Below the pieces are notes generated by a model that was not told where the DNA came from, ran no database searches, and was given only the letters and a program-made list of their open reading frames with translations. Positions 10,514 to 23,740 of a DNA stretch of 64,000 nt are shown piece by piece. Made by a program: the position numbers and the translations under genes. Numbering within the stretch: the stretch's first letter is position 1; every line of letters starts with the position of its first letter. Origin of the DNA: Basidiobolus meristosporus CBS 931.73. Its lineage: Eukaryota; Fungi; Basidiobolomycota. Where the stretch lies: contig MCFE01000428.1 of NCBI GenBank assembly GCA_002104905.1, positions 12,752 through 76,751 of the forward strand, given 5' to 3'.

Positions 10514-11822
10514 CCCCACGTTGGGTGCCAAATATGTGGTGGTGTATAAGTCCAAAGGGCAAAATACGGCCAACACTTCTCAAGTGTGAATGTGTGTGGG
10601 GTGTTCAGTGGGTGCAATAACCTCTGGCAAAAGCTTGCTAGGAATACTGGGTCTTTTGTCTAATCTAATGTGATGGGGGATAAAGCCTCCAGCTTGTCAA
10701 GGGAAAACTATTGAACTACAATCCCCAACTTAGTTGGCGTCTTAACAAAAGCTTATAATGGCTTTGACGTCCTTTGAGATGACAATAGACTTGTTCCATT
10801 GTGCCATTGATCATAGTGCCAGAGAGTGCTGTATATTTTGTTATTAATTTGATATTTTAGGGTCATATGCATGTCAATTTTGATCCCAAATTGGCACTCT
10901 ATGGCACCATCTGGCACTCTGAGGCATGATCAGGCACCATCTGGCATGCTATGGCACTATTAGGCACTATGATCAGCTGGAATGATGGAACAAGCTAATG
11001 TACTAAAGCTTCCAAAGTCAAAACAACTGTAAACTCCACCAACAGGGACTTGATAAGAATGCAGCTTTGACCAATAGTTACAAAGACTGAAAAGTATCTT
11101 TGCCTGTACAAGAACAAACTTGGGAAAACAAACAATAAAATAAAATATACCTACTCTGAGTATTCCTCACAAGTAGTGCCTCCAAGGTCAGTTGGCTGTC
11201 AGTGCGGTTTCCTGGGAGTATTGTCAGGTCTGAGTCAGAAAATAGTGGTAATAGGTAGCGGTGATCTCACTAATCAATAAGTTGGAATATTGGAAGAGGG
11301 ATGGTTTATTTTAAGTGATAGCCTCCCTTATATACTTTTTTGCTGCTCAATTTCTTGCTAGAAAATACTTTCCAGAAGTTTCCAGAAGGTAGTAGACAGC
11401 CAATCATGTCATTGTGTACTAAAAATAGTGCAAATTCTTGGCAGATTGTTCCATGAGACATAGTAGCACCTAGCCAATCAGGTAGTGGTAATATGAAACC
11501 CCTGTGTCATGTGGTTGCCTCTTATGGTAGTAGGATAGGAGGATTATGAAACCAAGATGGTCACATGACATGGGCACTGCTGGGGTACTTGCCTTATATG
11601 GTAAATATCTTATCTTGGCATCTTGGCAAGGAATAGGAATAGCTTGTGCAATGGGATAATAGTGACAAATAGTTTGTCAGGTTGCATAGTAATAATCACA
11701 TAGACAGAATAGAAAATATTGCAATTTGGGATGATACTAATATAGGGGGGGTAATCCTTTTTAGGGAAGTGAATGTATGAGAATGAGCACATCTGCCTGT
11801 GGGTGTCACTGACCCCACTACA
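10514..11822 (-). mobile_element. Element C PBS (10514-10530) and 5' LTR (10535-11822, 1288 bp)
   Basis: Same TGGCACCCAACGTGGGG PBS and TATT spacer as A; plus-strand TGTGGTGGTGTA...CCCCACTACA termini. Confidence 0.88.
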
Positions 11823-13156
11823 ATGTAGAGGAACCTGTGTCAATGAGAGTGGGAATCTCTGTATTCTCTTTACATAATTCTGGGTATGTACCCTTATTTG
11901 GCTTTTGTAGGACTGTCTGGTTGACATGATGGGTTGTCATCTTGCTCAATCCCTCTAAAAATTCTTTGACTAGAGCCAGGACAACTCCCAATAAATTGGT
12001 TATTGGGAGGGTTGCCTTGGTTTGTTCTAGTACCTTCATTATAGGCAATAGGCCATGGGAGGACATACTAGCATTCTTAGTTTGCTTCAATACTTCTTCC
12101 CAAGGCTCATCCTGTACTTCTTCACTAACTTCCACATTCTTTCCCTTTGATAGAACCTCTACTACAGGCTCCTTTGCCTCCCCTCTAGAAGCATGATGTC
12201 AATGCTTATTCTCCCGCACTTTGACTGTTCTTATCAGAGGGCTTAAGTTGATTGAGTCCTGTTGACCTCCTGGCAAGGGACTCTGTCTTTTGACACCTTC
12301 TTCTCCTTTGTTTCCAGTCCAGGTTCTCATCTGTACCATTTTGCACATATGTGGGCTCCATAGCCCACTTCTCCACATACACAACACAGATAATGTTGTC
12401 AAGATTGTTCCATCTGTTGAGGCAGGGCTTGTACCTGGGCCTTTAGATCAACAACAGCTTCCCAGAGCTTATTGCTTTGTTTGGGGACTTCTTGGAGATT
12501 ATTGATCAGGAGTTCTTAGACCTTTTGTTCTAATTCCTCTAACTCACAGTCTTTTGGGGAGGCAATTTTTCTTTTCTTAGAGGGGATCCCTGTTCTTTGA
12601 GCACTTATAGCACTATAGGGTAGCCCCTATAGCTAGACAACCTGTCTTACTCATTTGACTAATGCTTGCCACATTTTACATCTCTGTTGCTCTTAAGATG
12701 CCCTACACCTTATTTTGTTGTCTAAGCCAATAATATAATCCCTTATGAGCTGTTGTTTGGCAATTTTGTTCTTTAAAAGACATCATACTTATTGCAGAAA
12801 TAGTCCAGTGGAGGCTTTGTAGCTCTCACTGCCTTTCTTCTGTGAGTACAGTTGAAGGGCTTCATAGTGGTATCCTTTGGCAGACAGAAAGCATGTCATG
12901 TAAACTTCTTCCAGTGCATTCCAGTCACTTTTGATAGCATCTTTCAACCTATAATGCCATTGCCATGCTGAACCTTCAATATGTCTTATAAACACTCTTA
13001 CTTTCTTTTTGGTGTACTATCCTGCATCACCCACAACTCTCTCAAACATATCAAACCACTCAAGGACTTTCTCTCTCTTCCCTTTGTATGCTCTCAGTTT
13101 GATTGTAGTAGTCACTACCTTACTTGTGCTTATTTCCACAGAGACAACACCAAATA
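11823..13156 (-). pseudogene. Degenerate gag-protease of gypsy element D, interrupted by element C in the protease motif
   Basis: LIDTGSST at the junction; decayed knuckle C-CV-C-GEVG-(Y)-GAHI-C near 12350-12390; gag-like AWQWHYRL...WNALEE; stops and frameshifts; PBS-like TGGTGTTGTCTCTGTGG at 13136-13152 with the same TATT spacer. Confidence 0.7.
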
Positions 13157-14078
13157 TGTGGGTTATTGCTGAATGCACTTGGTAGCAGGGAGAGCTTGTA
13201 GGTCAAGTCAGTAGCACTTGGTTCAGAATAGCTTCTGATAGAAGGTTGCAAGGTAATAAAGACTTATGTTTATTACATCAAAGACTTGTCCCTTTCAACT
13301 GGTCTCAATTGGCTATATATATATCTCACTGTGTGATAGACAGTATGTTATAAAATAGGGGTGCAAGCACCTTCCTATTATGGTAAGTGTTGTAACTAGG
13401 TAAGGACAGGAATAGGAGGAAGGATGTATGCAGGACTCATAGTAAGTATACTGGGGAGACTTTGGGTACAACTCTGGGGGTCCTGTGGTATGGGATTGGA
13501 AGCTCAGGTAGCAGCAGTTAGCACAGATCACACTAATCAGCAAGTTGATATATTGATAACAAGGATGATGATTTATTGCTGAGGGATTGCCTCCCTTATA
13601 TACTAACTGCACTGGCCAAGTGAATACTGATCAAGAATTTCCAGAAGGTTCTGGAGATGAATTGAAATCTTAATAACATCAAAATGAGCTAAGAATGCTC
13701 TAAGTAGATGCTGCAAGGTTTCAAGAAGCACAGCACATCCAACAAAACAAGGATCAGTATTTTGAAACCTGTGTAACATAGGGATACTAAATATGGGATG
13801 AAAATAGTAGGGATGGTAATACAGTTTGGTCATATGTCACAGGTCCTGGAGTGGATACTTGCCTAATATAGAAGCACTTATATCTAGTAATCTTACATAT
13901 AGTGAGATATATTGTATGCAATTAATAAGCATATATCATTGTTAGCCAGCTTATGGCATAGCAATGATCAGATAAGAGAAGCTGGATAATACTAAAATGA
14001 GGGTAGTAGAAAAATAGGGAGGTGGAAAATATAAGAATGAGCACATTGGTCAGTGGGTGTCACTATGACCCCATTACA
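13157..14078 (-). repeat. 5' LTR of element D (922 bp)
   Basis: TG start after the PBS spacer; shares the U3/R core and the ...GGGTGTCACT...CCCCA(T/C)TACA end with LTRs B and C. Confidence 0.8.
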
Positions 14079-14246
14079 CCATAGGTGGATCCAATCTGAA
14101 TCAGCTGTTAGTATCCTGCAATGAGTCTGTCATAATCAAGGTAGGGCATACTGACTCAAATATACCAATGCAAAAAAGTTGATCAGATCTGGCTAAGTTT
14201 GGTGCAATCACAACTCAAACTGTCAACAAAAAATATTATGAGAGGT

Positions 14247-15460
14247 GTTAAAAGAGTATTAGACCTATTGAAATTAATTGGGGGAACAAGCAGAATACAT
14301 TGCTATTGCTTATTTATTTATTGTATTTGAAAGTATTACTTATACTTCACCAGGTCTTAGAGAGACAAACATGTAGTGCATATTCAAAAAAGACTCTGCT
14401 CATATCAGTGCAGAGTTTATAGTGATTTCAGCAGCTTTGATATATTTTGTATTTTAGGTATATGATGACTTGGTAAAAGCATTTCCAGTGAGTCCCAGCC
14501 AAGAGTTTGAGCAGAGTTCTCTAAGGTTTATGATCTATGTGAGTAAGTCAGGTGCACTGGTAGGTGTTATTGCAAATATTTCTCTAAGATGATAACAAAG
14601 ATTCAATCTCAGGTGCATCAAGAGCCAGGACTGAATCAGAGTAAGGCAATGCAGATTTTGACACTCCAGTAGACTTGACAACCATGTTTCAGCCTGAATC
14701 AGTGCCCAGAAATATCCCTGAAGTGGCCAATCCACTATCATATGACAAAAGATCCAAACACTTTAGACATGACCTATACTACTCCATCAATAAGAATATA
14801 ATCTTAGCCTATATCCATTTAGTCCATATGGATAGAACCCACATATTAAAAGAGGCCTTAAAAAGTCCCAAGATAGGTTGTGAAGATCTGCAATGACTGG
14901 TAATTATCCAGTGTTGATAAAAAACTAAATCTGGGACTTAGTCAATTGACCAATCAACAATGTAGCAATTGGATGCCAATGGGGCTTCAAGACAAAATAC
15001 AAGGCTGATGGTGCAGTTGAAGGGCATTAGACTTGTCTTGTGGACAATGATAATCTGAAACAAAAGGAATGGACTTCACTTTAACCTTTGCATTATTAGC
15101 CAAGTTTATTTTGCTCATGTTGATATTTGCTAACTCAGCTGAATATAGATTTTTCACCCATTGCATGGATGCTAACACCAATTATTTCTAAATGAGGAAT
15201 CTAATCAGGATGTGTATATGGACCAGCATAATGAATTTTTTGATAAAGATAGCTATATGTGATATGGAAGCTCAGAAAATATCTGTATGGTTTCAAGCAA
15301 TCACTGAGAGCCTTCAATTCAAAGATCAAATTTTTTAGGATCCCTGGGTTCTCAAGGAAGTGCTGCCAACTACAGTATCTACTATAATCTAGATGAAGCA
15401 AGTCCTGTTTTATTAGCTCTTTATGTAGATGATTGTATTTTAACCCCCAATAGCCAAAAA
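14247..15460. mobile_element. Old rearranged copia relic (LTR-like piece plus RT-region fragment on +)
   Basis: 14247-14560 resembles the copia LTR; 14685-14720 encodes QPESVPRNIPEV; 14975-15010 matches GCRWVFKTKYKADG. Boundaries approximate. Confidence 0.7.
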
Positions 15461-18219
15461 ACACTCTCTGGTAGGTGTGTGCAATATAAGACAGCTTTGG
15501 AACTGCTTAAAAAATATTAATACCTTCCAGGCCTTCACTAATTGTAAGTAATGGCCAACATTTAATTAAGCAATTCTTAGGTAAACAGTTCATAGCTTAG
15601 CAGTAGGCAGAGTAGAATCATGCATTATGTGAGTGTTTAGGTGCAAACAGAAAAATCAACATATTGCTATATGGTGAGCAATTTTCATTTTTAATGCTGC
15701 ATAGGCTGCTTAAGAGATATACAGATCTTGTTTGATTTATAACTGGTGATGACAGGTGCACAGTATTTGGTCACATACTAGAAAACTTGCTGCCTAATGA
15801 CCAAGAAAGATTTGGAGTCAACAGTCATGAGCACTGACTCTTTGTCAAGCTCCAATAGACAATGGCCAATCTCAAAGAATTCTGTACAAACTGGGGACAC
15901 ATTTGGCAAGATCACATTTGCAGTAGCCAATGCTGAGCCCCAATCATTGCATGTGTCTTCTACCACACACTCCTAGATTCAATCCTGCAGGATTTCCAGG
16001 GAAAAGGAAGAATACCATTTTTAACAAAGCAGCCAGTGGAAATGCACTTCCTCCGAGCTTTTCCCAAACCGTTTTCAAATCCCAATGATATCTCCAACAA
16101 GCTCAAGGTTAATGATGATGGGTACGGGTACTGCCGGGATGGGTTTGCAGCTTGAGCAAGCTGATTATTAACAACACAAATAGGTTCATGACGGTCTGCG
16201 ATGATTGACATGTCTTCACCAATGATTCATCTCGCATACGTCTATGCGGTTCCACACAGCATCTTGTATAATGTGGCATCTAGAGGTATTTCAACAAACA
16301 AGCTAATTGATTTTTGCAGTCACCGATCTGCTTGTGGCCAATCATTCCAACCAACCCACCTCAAACAAAATCCCAGCACCCACGGCTTGTCTAGTGGCCA
16401 ACCAATGATGTAGGCTCACCAAAGGCGATGGTCTAGCAGCACACACGTCTCCATACGAACTGCCTTTATCATGTGAAAATGGGATATACCGTGGACAGCA
16501 TGAATGTGAGCTGGGCCGAGTCGAAAGCATCATCGCCAACTTCGCGTCATTAATGGGCTGCTCAAGCATGACTTGGGTGGAATTCCTTGAAGGGTCAGCT
16601 GACGGGGGGCTGACGTTGTCATCAGGAATGATCGGCCAGATTTGTCTTCATGGAAATAGCCATTCGATTGCCAATTGACCGAAGCCCGGCCATGTATAGC
16701 TTGGATGCATTAGCATACCCCACCTCTGGTCCTAGTTAGGAAATGATTTAGCCATCAAGAAGCACTCGAGCGTCATCGCCAATGGTCGCTCAATATGGTA
16801 AGAGTAAACAAAACCATGCCGCTTTCCACGATTTTTGCTCATAATTGATGAAGCCGAAGGCGGAGGTGAAGGGGAAGGGGAAGGGGAAGGTATCCTGCAA
16901 CAGGGCGGAAGTTGGAAGTTGTTCCGGTAGATCAATGCGTGGTCGAAGGTAACTATGGATCATCTCGGTTAGCGTCGCGAAACACATCAGACGTCTCATT
17001 CCCTAATCGATAGGTTTGGAGCCGAGATCACATCAAGCTATATCCTGCGACAGCAGTCTGCTAACCTCTGTTGCCATTCATCAAGCAGCAAAGACTCAAT
17101 GGTGATGATATGTCAGAGTCACCGAGCTGTCATTCATTACTTGTATCTGCTACCAGTGCGTTCAAATCATATGAGCTCATGTATCTGAAGTGAGAATGAC
17201 TTCACTTGATCAAGTGACCATTCCGGTAAAACATTCGAATCATTTCTCAAAATAGACTAAATATCTGGTGGACCAACAGTAACTGTTGTAACGGTTTTAT
17301 ACTGTTTCATCAGTCGGTATCAAATTCCCATCAAAATCGTGTCAGTCTCCAACGTTAGGGTTTCCATCACTGGTGATTTTGATTGAAAAGTCACGGAAAG
17401 ACACCAGTGCTTCCTTGCAACTTTCACCATTGCTAGATTGTAGTATTGTACAGTTATTCAAGTGCACGTTTCTTCCATTGATATACCCTACCTTGCTTTT
17501 ACCATCCCTAGCTTTTTATTTTCACCTTAACTATAAGCCCTCCAACTCTGTCCGACCCTTATTAACCCTCCTTTGAAGACCACCGTTACACTAAGAGAAG
17601 CTTTGCCGCGGATACTACCCAGCCCACCTAACACAATGGGTGGTAGTGAGGACAAGCATGAACTTACCTCCTTGCTACAGATATTAAAGAATTCATCTGA
17701 TCAGCTAATATTACGAACGGATCCGACCAGTGTAAAACGGTCCTCCATGCCCTTCTTAAGCAGTTCAACGCCAAGCCCCTCCACAATGACTTCTAAAATG
17801 TAACTGTTCCCGGAACGTAGATATTCTTTCCACCCTACTCACGAATCGCATATCCATAGACTTGAGGAGCTGAGGAGTAGCCAAGGCGCGCCACCGACGA
17901 CCGAAAAGATCACTCGAAGAAGGTTGGCTTGATCCTCCCCATTCGCGCCACCAAGTCCTTAAACTGACCTTCTTGGCTTTCATAGAACCATCCATTTCGG
18001 AAACTCCGAACCCATATTCAAAAAGCCCTTCCTAACTGTTCAGGTGATTTCCTCGCTTTTCTCTCTGGCACCGCGTATAAATAGTTCGTTCGGGTGGTGA
18101 CAGAACGTGAGTCTTGCAGAGCGCTGACTAACACAAATCGTTTCCCGTTTTCTTAGCCGGGCTCCACCGTCGACCCGTTGGCAAAAACCATCCCCGATTC
18201 TAGGCAGCATACTGAATCC

Positions 18220-21200
18220 ATGAAAGATTCCACGAAAGTATCAGACCAAGCGACCCTACCGGAGTTTGGTACGATCCACGCGCTGCAGACAGAGATTGAG
18301 GTGCTCAAAATCGAGCACTTTCAGGCACTTCGTGATGCCGAGAATCGACATCGTCAAGAGTACGCCTCCGCTCAAGAACATTTCGACCGCTCCCGTATCG
18401 AATACGAGCGCGACAAAAACCTACTGGAAACCCAAGTGCGGTCACTCCAGCAAGAGAAATCAGAACTGGAGACACAGCTGAGCAAAGCGCTGGCGACACT
18501 TCAAGAACGCCCAGACCCAGTGAAGGTTGAGCAGGAGATGAATTCGTTCAGAGAGCTCATCCAGTCACTTCGGAACGAAACCATTTCCCTAGAGCAATCA
18601 CATGTCGCAGAAAGGGAGCGGCTTGCAAAGGAACTCAACGAAGATCATTCTCAGCAGATAGATATCCTCGAGAGAGAAATGAAGCATCTGGCTGACCAGC
18701 TCGGCGACACCAAACAAGAGCTGCAATTCTATGAGAAATCGTTACGAAAAGTGCTGGTTCAGCTCTCCGAATCCCGGGAATGCCTGGAAAACAGCCAAGT
18801 GGAAAAGAAGGATCTGGAAATACGAGCGGTGGAAAATGAAATCGCCTATCTTGACCTCGAGGAGGAACGGGACGAACTGAAAGCCCAATGCGGCCACTTA
18901 AGCCAGCAACTGGAGATATTGGCCCGAAAGAGTTTCGACGTAAGTTTTCCCTTTGGTTTGTGTTGGTACATCTTGATAACCGGGCGATTCTTGCTCCTGC
19001 TAGCTGACCGACGGTGCCCACGCCAAGTCCAAAGCCAGCAGCCACGAGTCTTTAAGACAGCAATACTGCGACCTCAAACAAGATTGCAACTCGTTGGCCG
19101 AGAAAATCGAGTTGATGAAAGCCAGGAGAGAGTTGTTGTTGGAGGAGATTTCGGAGTTGGCCTTATCTACACAATCTCTTCAGAATATGATCGAACTTAG
19201 TGACTACGAGTCGGATCCTTCTCTGGGGAATGCTCACCTTGATGGTCAAGTAGGGGAAAGCGTCATGCGAAATGAGGAGCTCCTGAAGGAAATCCACTCA
19301 CTAGAGGATAGCCACGAAGCGCTTGAGCAGCACTACATTTACCTCCAGAAGTCCATTGAGGAGCTTAACGTAGCCTTGTCCGAAGAATCCGAGCGGGTCG
19401 TTACGCTCCAGGAAGAGAAAAAATCTCTAACGGAGGAGATTGATGAGCTTATCCAGATCAATGAGAAATTCCGTAACAAGGCCGACTTCTGGAGAAACAC
19501 GGTGAGCAAGATAGAGTCTGAGCAGATGACTGACCGGAAACGCCACTCCCTTGGCTCTGAAAATGACACCTTCACGAGAATCCAAAGAATTTACGAACAG
19601 CGCCTAGTGGACCAACAGCATCGATTTAACCGGCTGTGGGACGATATTGTCACCAGCAATGAGCACTTGCATAGTGAAAACCAAAACCTTCAACATCAGC
19701 TCGGGGACACAGAGAAAGAAAGAGACTCTTGGGCCGAATACGCGCATTCACTTCAGACACGCGTGGAAGCCCTTTCAGGGGAGTCGGAAATGCCCAAATC
19801 GATACTTGTCACGGACCCCTCGATGAACACCATTAGCCATGAGAAGATTTACGACCATCACGAGGCAGACCGTATTCCGAAATCGGTCTTAGATTCCCAT
19901 TTGAGCGCACTAACCTCCAAGTTCAAGCAGCAAATAGACGCCTTGGAGAGCGACAAACAAGAGTTGATTAACTACGCCACTGACCTGGAGTATGATGTGG
20001 AGCAGCTCACATACGCGCTTCAAAAGAGAGATGGCGCCAGCAAACGCACCTCTCGCAGTTTTGCTCCTCCAACACCCAGCGAATCAGTCAGCCAGGAGTC
20101 CCTTCTCCCTGGCCCGGGGATTTTCCAGGAGGATGGACGCTCGGAAAGCAATGAGGCATCCGGAATCGAGTCTGGCCCCACTTTCTCCGCACTGTCAGAT
20201 TTCGATACAGACGGGTTCGCTACCCTGTTTGCCGATATCGACCAGATGCGAGACGAAATGACCAGACTTTCGCAATCCAATGCCCGTTTACAAGAAGAGT
20301 GCCGCATACTCAAGGCAGAGAGGGAGAGATTGACCCAGATGGTACGTCAGCTCCTTGAAAAGGATTCCTCGGTTACCGAACACCAAGAGTTACTTGCTCG
20401 GTTTACTGGAATCGGGCGCGAGCTCGAAGAGATGTCCGAGGCTGATATCAGCAAGGATCCTCGGGTTTTGGAACTCGTGGATAGAGTCAACCGGCTAGAG
20501 CTCTCACTTGATAACGAACGCCGGGCGAACGACAAGCTCAGGCAAGCAGTGCACCACGATCGGCAAAGTTTAACCAGCACATGCTCACCCATATTAGAGA
20601 ATGGTGAACCAGATGTGAGCGACAATAGGCATATCAACACCGCAGAATCATATCGCAAACTTTGTTTCGGCAATGCACCCGTCCATACCAATGGATCCGG
20701 TGGCGCACAGAACCTGAGCCAGAATTCAGTCGAATCGCTACTGGTGCAATCGTTCAAGGTCAAGGAGATGCTGGAGACTGACTCTCGGCTCTTGATTGGA
20801 ATCCAAGCCTTGCTCGCTCCCGATTCCATAGACAAGGCGCATTGCTCCGACGAAATCTCCGATGATTCGAGAAGCAGCTCTAGACTGGTTGATAGAGATC
20901 AGGTCACCCGTCTATTTGAATCCTTGAGATTGCTGGGTCACAACCAGAATCACTTGGCCGATGATGTCCAGCTAATCATCAATCATCTGCAGCATATCCA
21001 GAGCCAGCATTCATTTTCTTCACCGGACATTGTGGACATTACGAACAAATTCAATCTTATCAAGCTGAGCGACGCGGACGATGCGCCAGAGGCAGGTCAG
21101 AGAGGCAGCATAAAAGGACGGGATTCAGGCTTCAGTGACGGGCATGGCCATCCCCCCTTCGAGAGTCGGAATACGCCGCTGGATGCCTCATTACCTTTCC

Positions 21201-21759
21201 ATCGACCTTATTCAGCGTTTGACACTGAAGAGCATACGCACCAACCTCAACCTCAGCGAGCAACAGCTGAGTTGGAAGAGTTATGTGGCGAGTACAAGCG
21301 AAGCAATGAAAAGCTGGCTAGAGAAAACCATGAATTCCGACTGCGGCTAGACGAGGCCTGCAATTTAAACGCAGCTTTACGGCAGAAGAGCATGATGGCG
21401 GAAAACCTCGAACTGAAGATTCAGGACCTGCTACAAATCCAGGACGAGGAGTACGCTGTGAACGTGGCCAAGGTTTCCCAGCTGGAAACGGATCTTCAAC
21501 ACAAAATCAACAGGATCATGGGACTGACTCGTGAGAAGAATTCCTTGTTGCACAACAACCATGAGCTACAACAGAAGCTGATCATGATCAGCGAGGTGAG
21601 TATATCCACCCTTTAAGGTACCCCAGACATTCCCACATTAATCAAACTCAAGAATAGGCCCAACGCCAACTAGAAGTAGACTATCAATCTGAAAAGGAGA
21701 TGGCGATGTCCTTCCAAAAGCAACTTCGTGCCACTCAAGAAAACCGATGGGTTGAATAG
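18220..21759 (+). CDS. Uncharacterised ~1,140 aa coiled-coil protein; exons 18220-18939, 19004-21595, 21658-21759 (both ends uncertain)
   Basis: Two long E/Q/L-rich ORFs joined in phase 0 by GTAAGT...CTAG (18940-19003); second intron GTGAGT...ATAG (21596-21657). Splice-like signals at 17640-18160 and 21790-21900 suggest extra small exons I could not phase. Confidence 0.75.
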
Positions 21760-22299
21760 CATGTGGGAGGCGCTAGAGTCAAAGAGCGAATACCCTTTCG
21801 GTCGAAGCATGTGTAAGTGCATAAGCGTCCGCCAACTCCTTCCAAATGGATATACCGGTGTGTCCCTAACCATGATCTCAATCCCGACGCCCACCAGCTA
21901 TGTTGGAGGGCAACCCGCCTGTTCTTCCCAGATTGGGAACGCAAGCATTGGGCCAACGGGCGCGCCTATCTTCTGATCGAGAAACCAATCTGCCACGTCT
22001 ATAAACTGAACAACCCCCTGGCTGACGAGCAAGTTATTAATGTCGAGGTTTCGGCCTTCCCTCCCCCACTATATAGAACAAAGAGCCCTGTATTTTTTGT
22101 AGTAACGGTATGTAATTAGCGAGTATCATAGTTTTTTAAAGTTCCCAGTTATTCAGTGCTTGTAGCGGATGACGGATAAACGATTTGACCCAGTTATCTC
22201 GTTCGGATCGCTCGAAGTTATTTTTCCCCCTTCCCCGCCGGATAAATGGGGCTAGGTTTTTACTTGATTAGACTGGTTTGATCAAAGGCCAGCTGGTAT

Positions 22300-23740
22300 T
22301 CATGGTGCAAGATTCGTAGTACATACAGCCTAGCAGTGGCAAGCCCAGAGTAAAAGAGATGCAATGAAAATGAGTGGGCATGGTTGTAGATGGTGATTGA
22401 ACTCCCAATCAATGAATTCAACTGCTTGAGATATTTGATCTTTCCATCTTGTCAAAAATCCTCTCAGTGTAGATTAACATGTGTAGTGTATGAGTGTGGA
22501 GAGTCTTGCTACTAGTGAATGTATTAGCAACACTGCTGACTGAAATCTACAAGCATGAAGGAGTGATTGTTTTGGAGTGGATTGTTGGGTAGAGTGGAAA
22601 ACTAGATCTGTATGAGAAAATGTTACATCAAAGACCAGCAGGACAACAGAAGAGATCAAAGTTTCCTTAAAATCACAACTTTCAATATTTTAAATCCTGG
22701 TTTTCTGGCAGACAAGTAGACATGTTTCTTAGAAAGTGTTGTTTGTGAGTAATCTTTATACCAGATTTGGCAACTGTCAGCTCACTGACTCTAGAAGTGT
22801 GTATGCCTAAAAGCTGAATGAGGAGTACCTGAGGAATACCAGCTGAATGCCATGTGAAATCCCAGTGTTTTATCCAAGAGAAAAGTGTAATAAAACTCTT
22901 GAATGGTTTAATTGAACCAAAGGGACAATGAAGTGTAGAATCTTATAATTGTAAGAGTAGTGGAAATATTAGCAAAGAGATTCTGGGCTAATATTGGTGT
23001 TGTATATAGCTGGGTATGGCTATAAAGGCAACAGAGTTGGTTTGCTATGCAGGCTAGGCTTGGGTAGAAATTAGAACAGAATTGCTGAATTCTTAATTTT
23101 GCTGAGGCACAATCTTGATTTTGTTGACATACACACTAAGCCAAAAGATTCAGTAAGCTTTATTTATACTTCTCTGATCAAGTTGAATTAGTAAGTGCCA
23201 AGAGACTGGATTAATTGAAATCAGTTTGGGTGTTGATAGATGTATAAGATAAATGAAAATTGCATCATCAATCAGCTGGCAACTGCTAAGTGGCTGGATA
23301 GATCTCAGATGACTAATAACTTGGAAAGGCTTTGCAGATCAGTTGAGGATGTAGTGACCACATGAAAATCAATCAGGTGTGCCAGCTAAAAATAGATTCT
23401 GAGAAGGGACATAATAAGCCATAACTGGGATTGGTTATGTTTGGGTTAGGGAGAATCAGTTAGGGTACTTGATTTTCAAACAGAGTAAAATTGGCTAAGT
23501 TTTAAATGCTGATGCACAACACCAAGTTTGATATTTTTCATAGGGGATGTTACTCCATTGGTGAGGGGCCTTAAACTATCAACTCAGTCTGCAGACAAAT
23601 TGAATCCTGCAGTGTAATGCAAATGTGGCCAACTGCTTATCCCTAGTTCACATTATAGGATTTGGGGATAAATTGGTAATTGGTTATAAGTTACAAAGAA
23701 ATTGATTGGACTCTATATTGATGAGCAAACATGTACTGGA
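22300..23740. mobile_element. CpG-free block, probable decayed transposon (possibly LINE RT on -)
   Basis: Almost no CG over ~1.4 kb between CpG-rich flanks; faint minus-strand KAY (~23160) and GIPQ (~22835) with imperfect spacing. Confidence 0.3.

Noticed and set aside
10891-10970. CRISPR-like array (also considered for the 155-bp repeat)
   Set aside because: No unique spacers, eukaryotic context, no cas genes.
16868-16890. (GGGGAA)n tract
   Set aside because: Short simple repeat with no supporting context.
15780-17400. CpG-rich region with short ORFs and some splice-like signals
   Set aside because: No exon chain gave an open frame or recognisable domain.
18178-19200. 340-aa and 840-aa ORFs as two separate genes
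   Set aside because: A phase-0 GT-AG intron (18940-19003) joins them; the ORF tail after 18939 is intron read-through, and both called starts are TTG.
18266-21350. Short overlapping and antisense ORFs within the coiled-coil, zinc-finger, oxidoreductase, kinase, copia and LINE genes
   Set aside because: Shadow frames of real coding sequence with no motifs.
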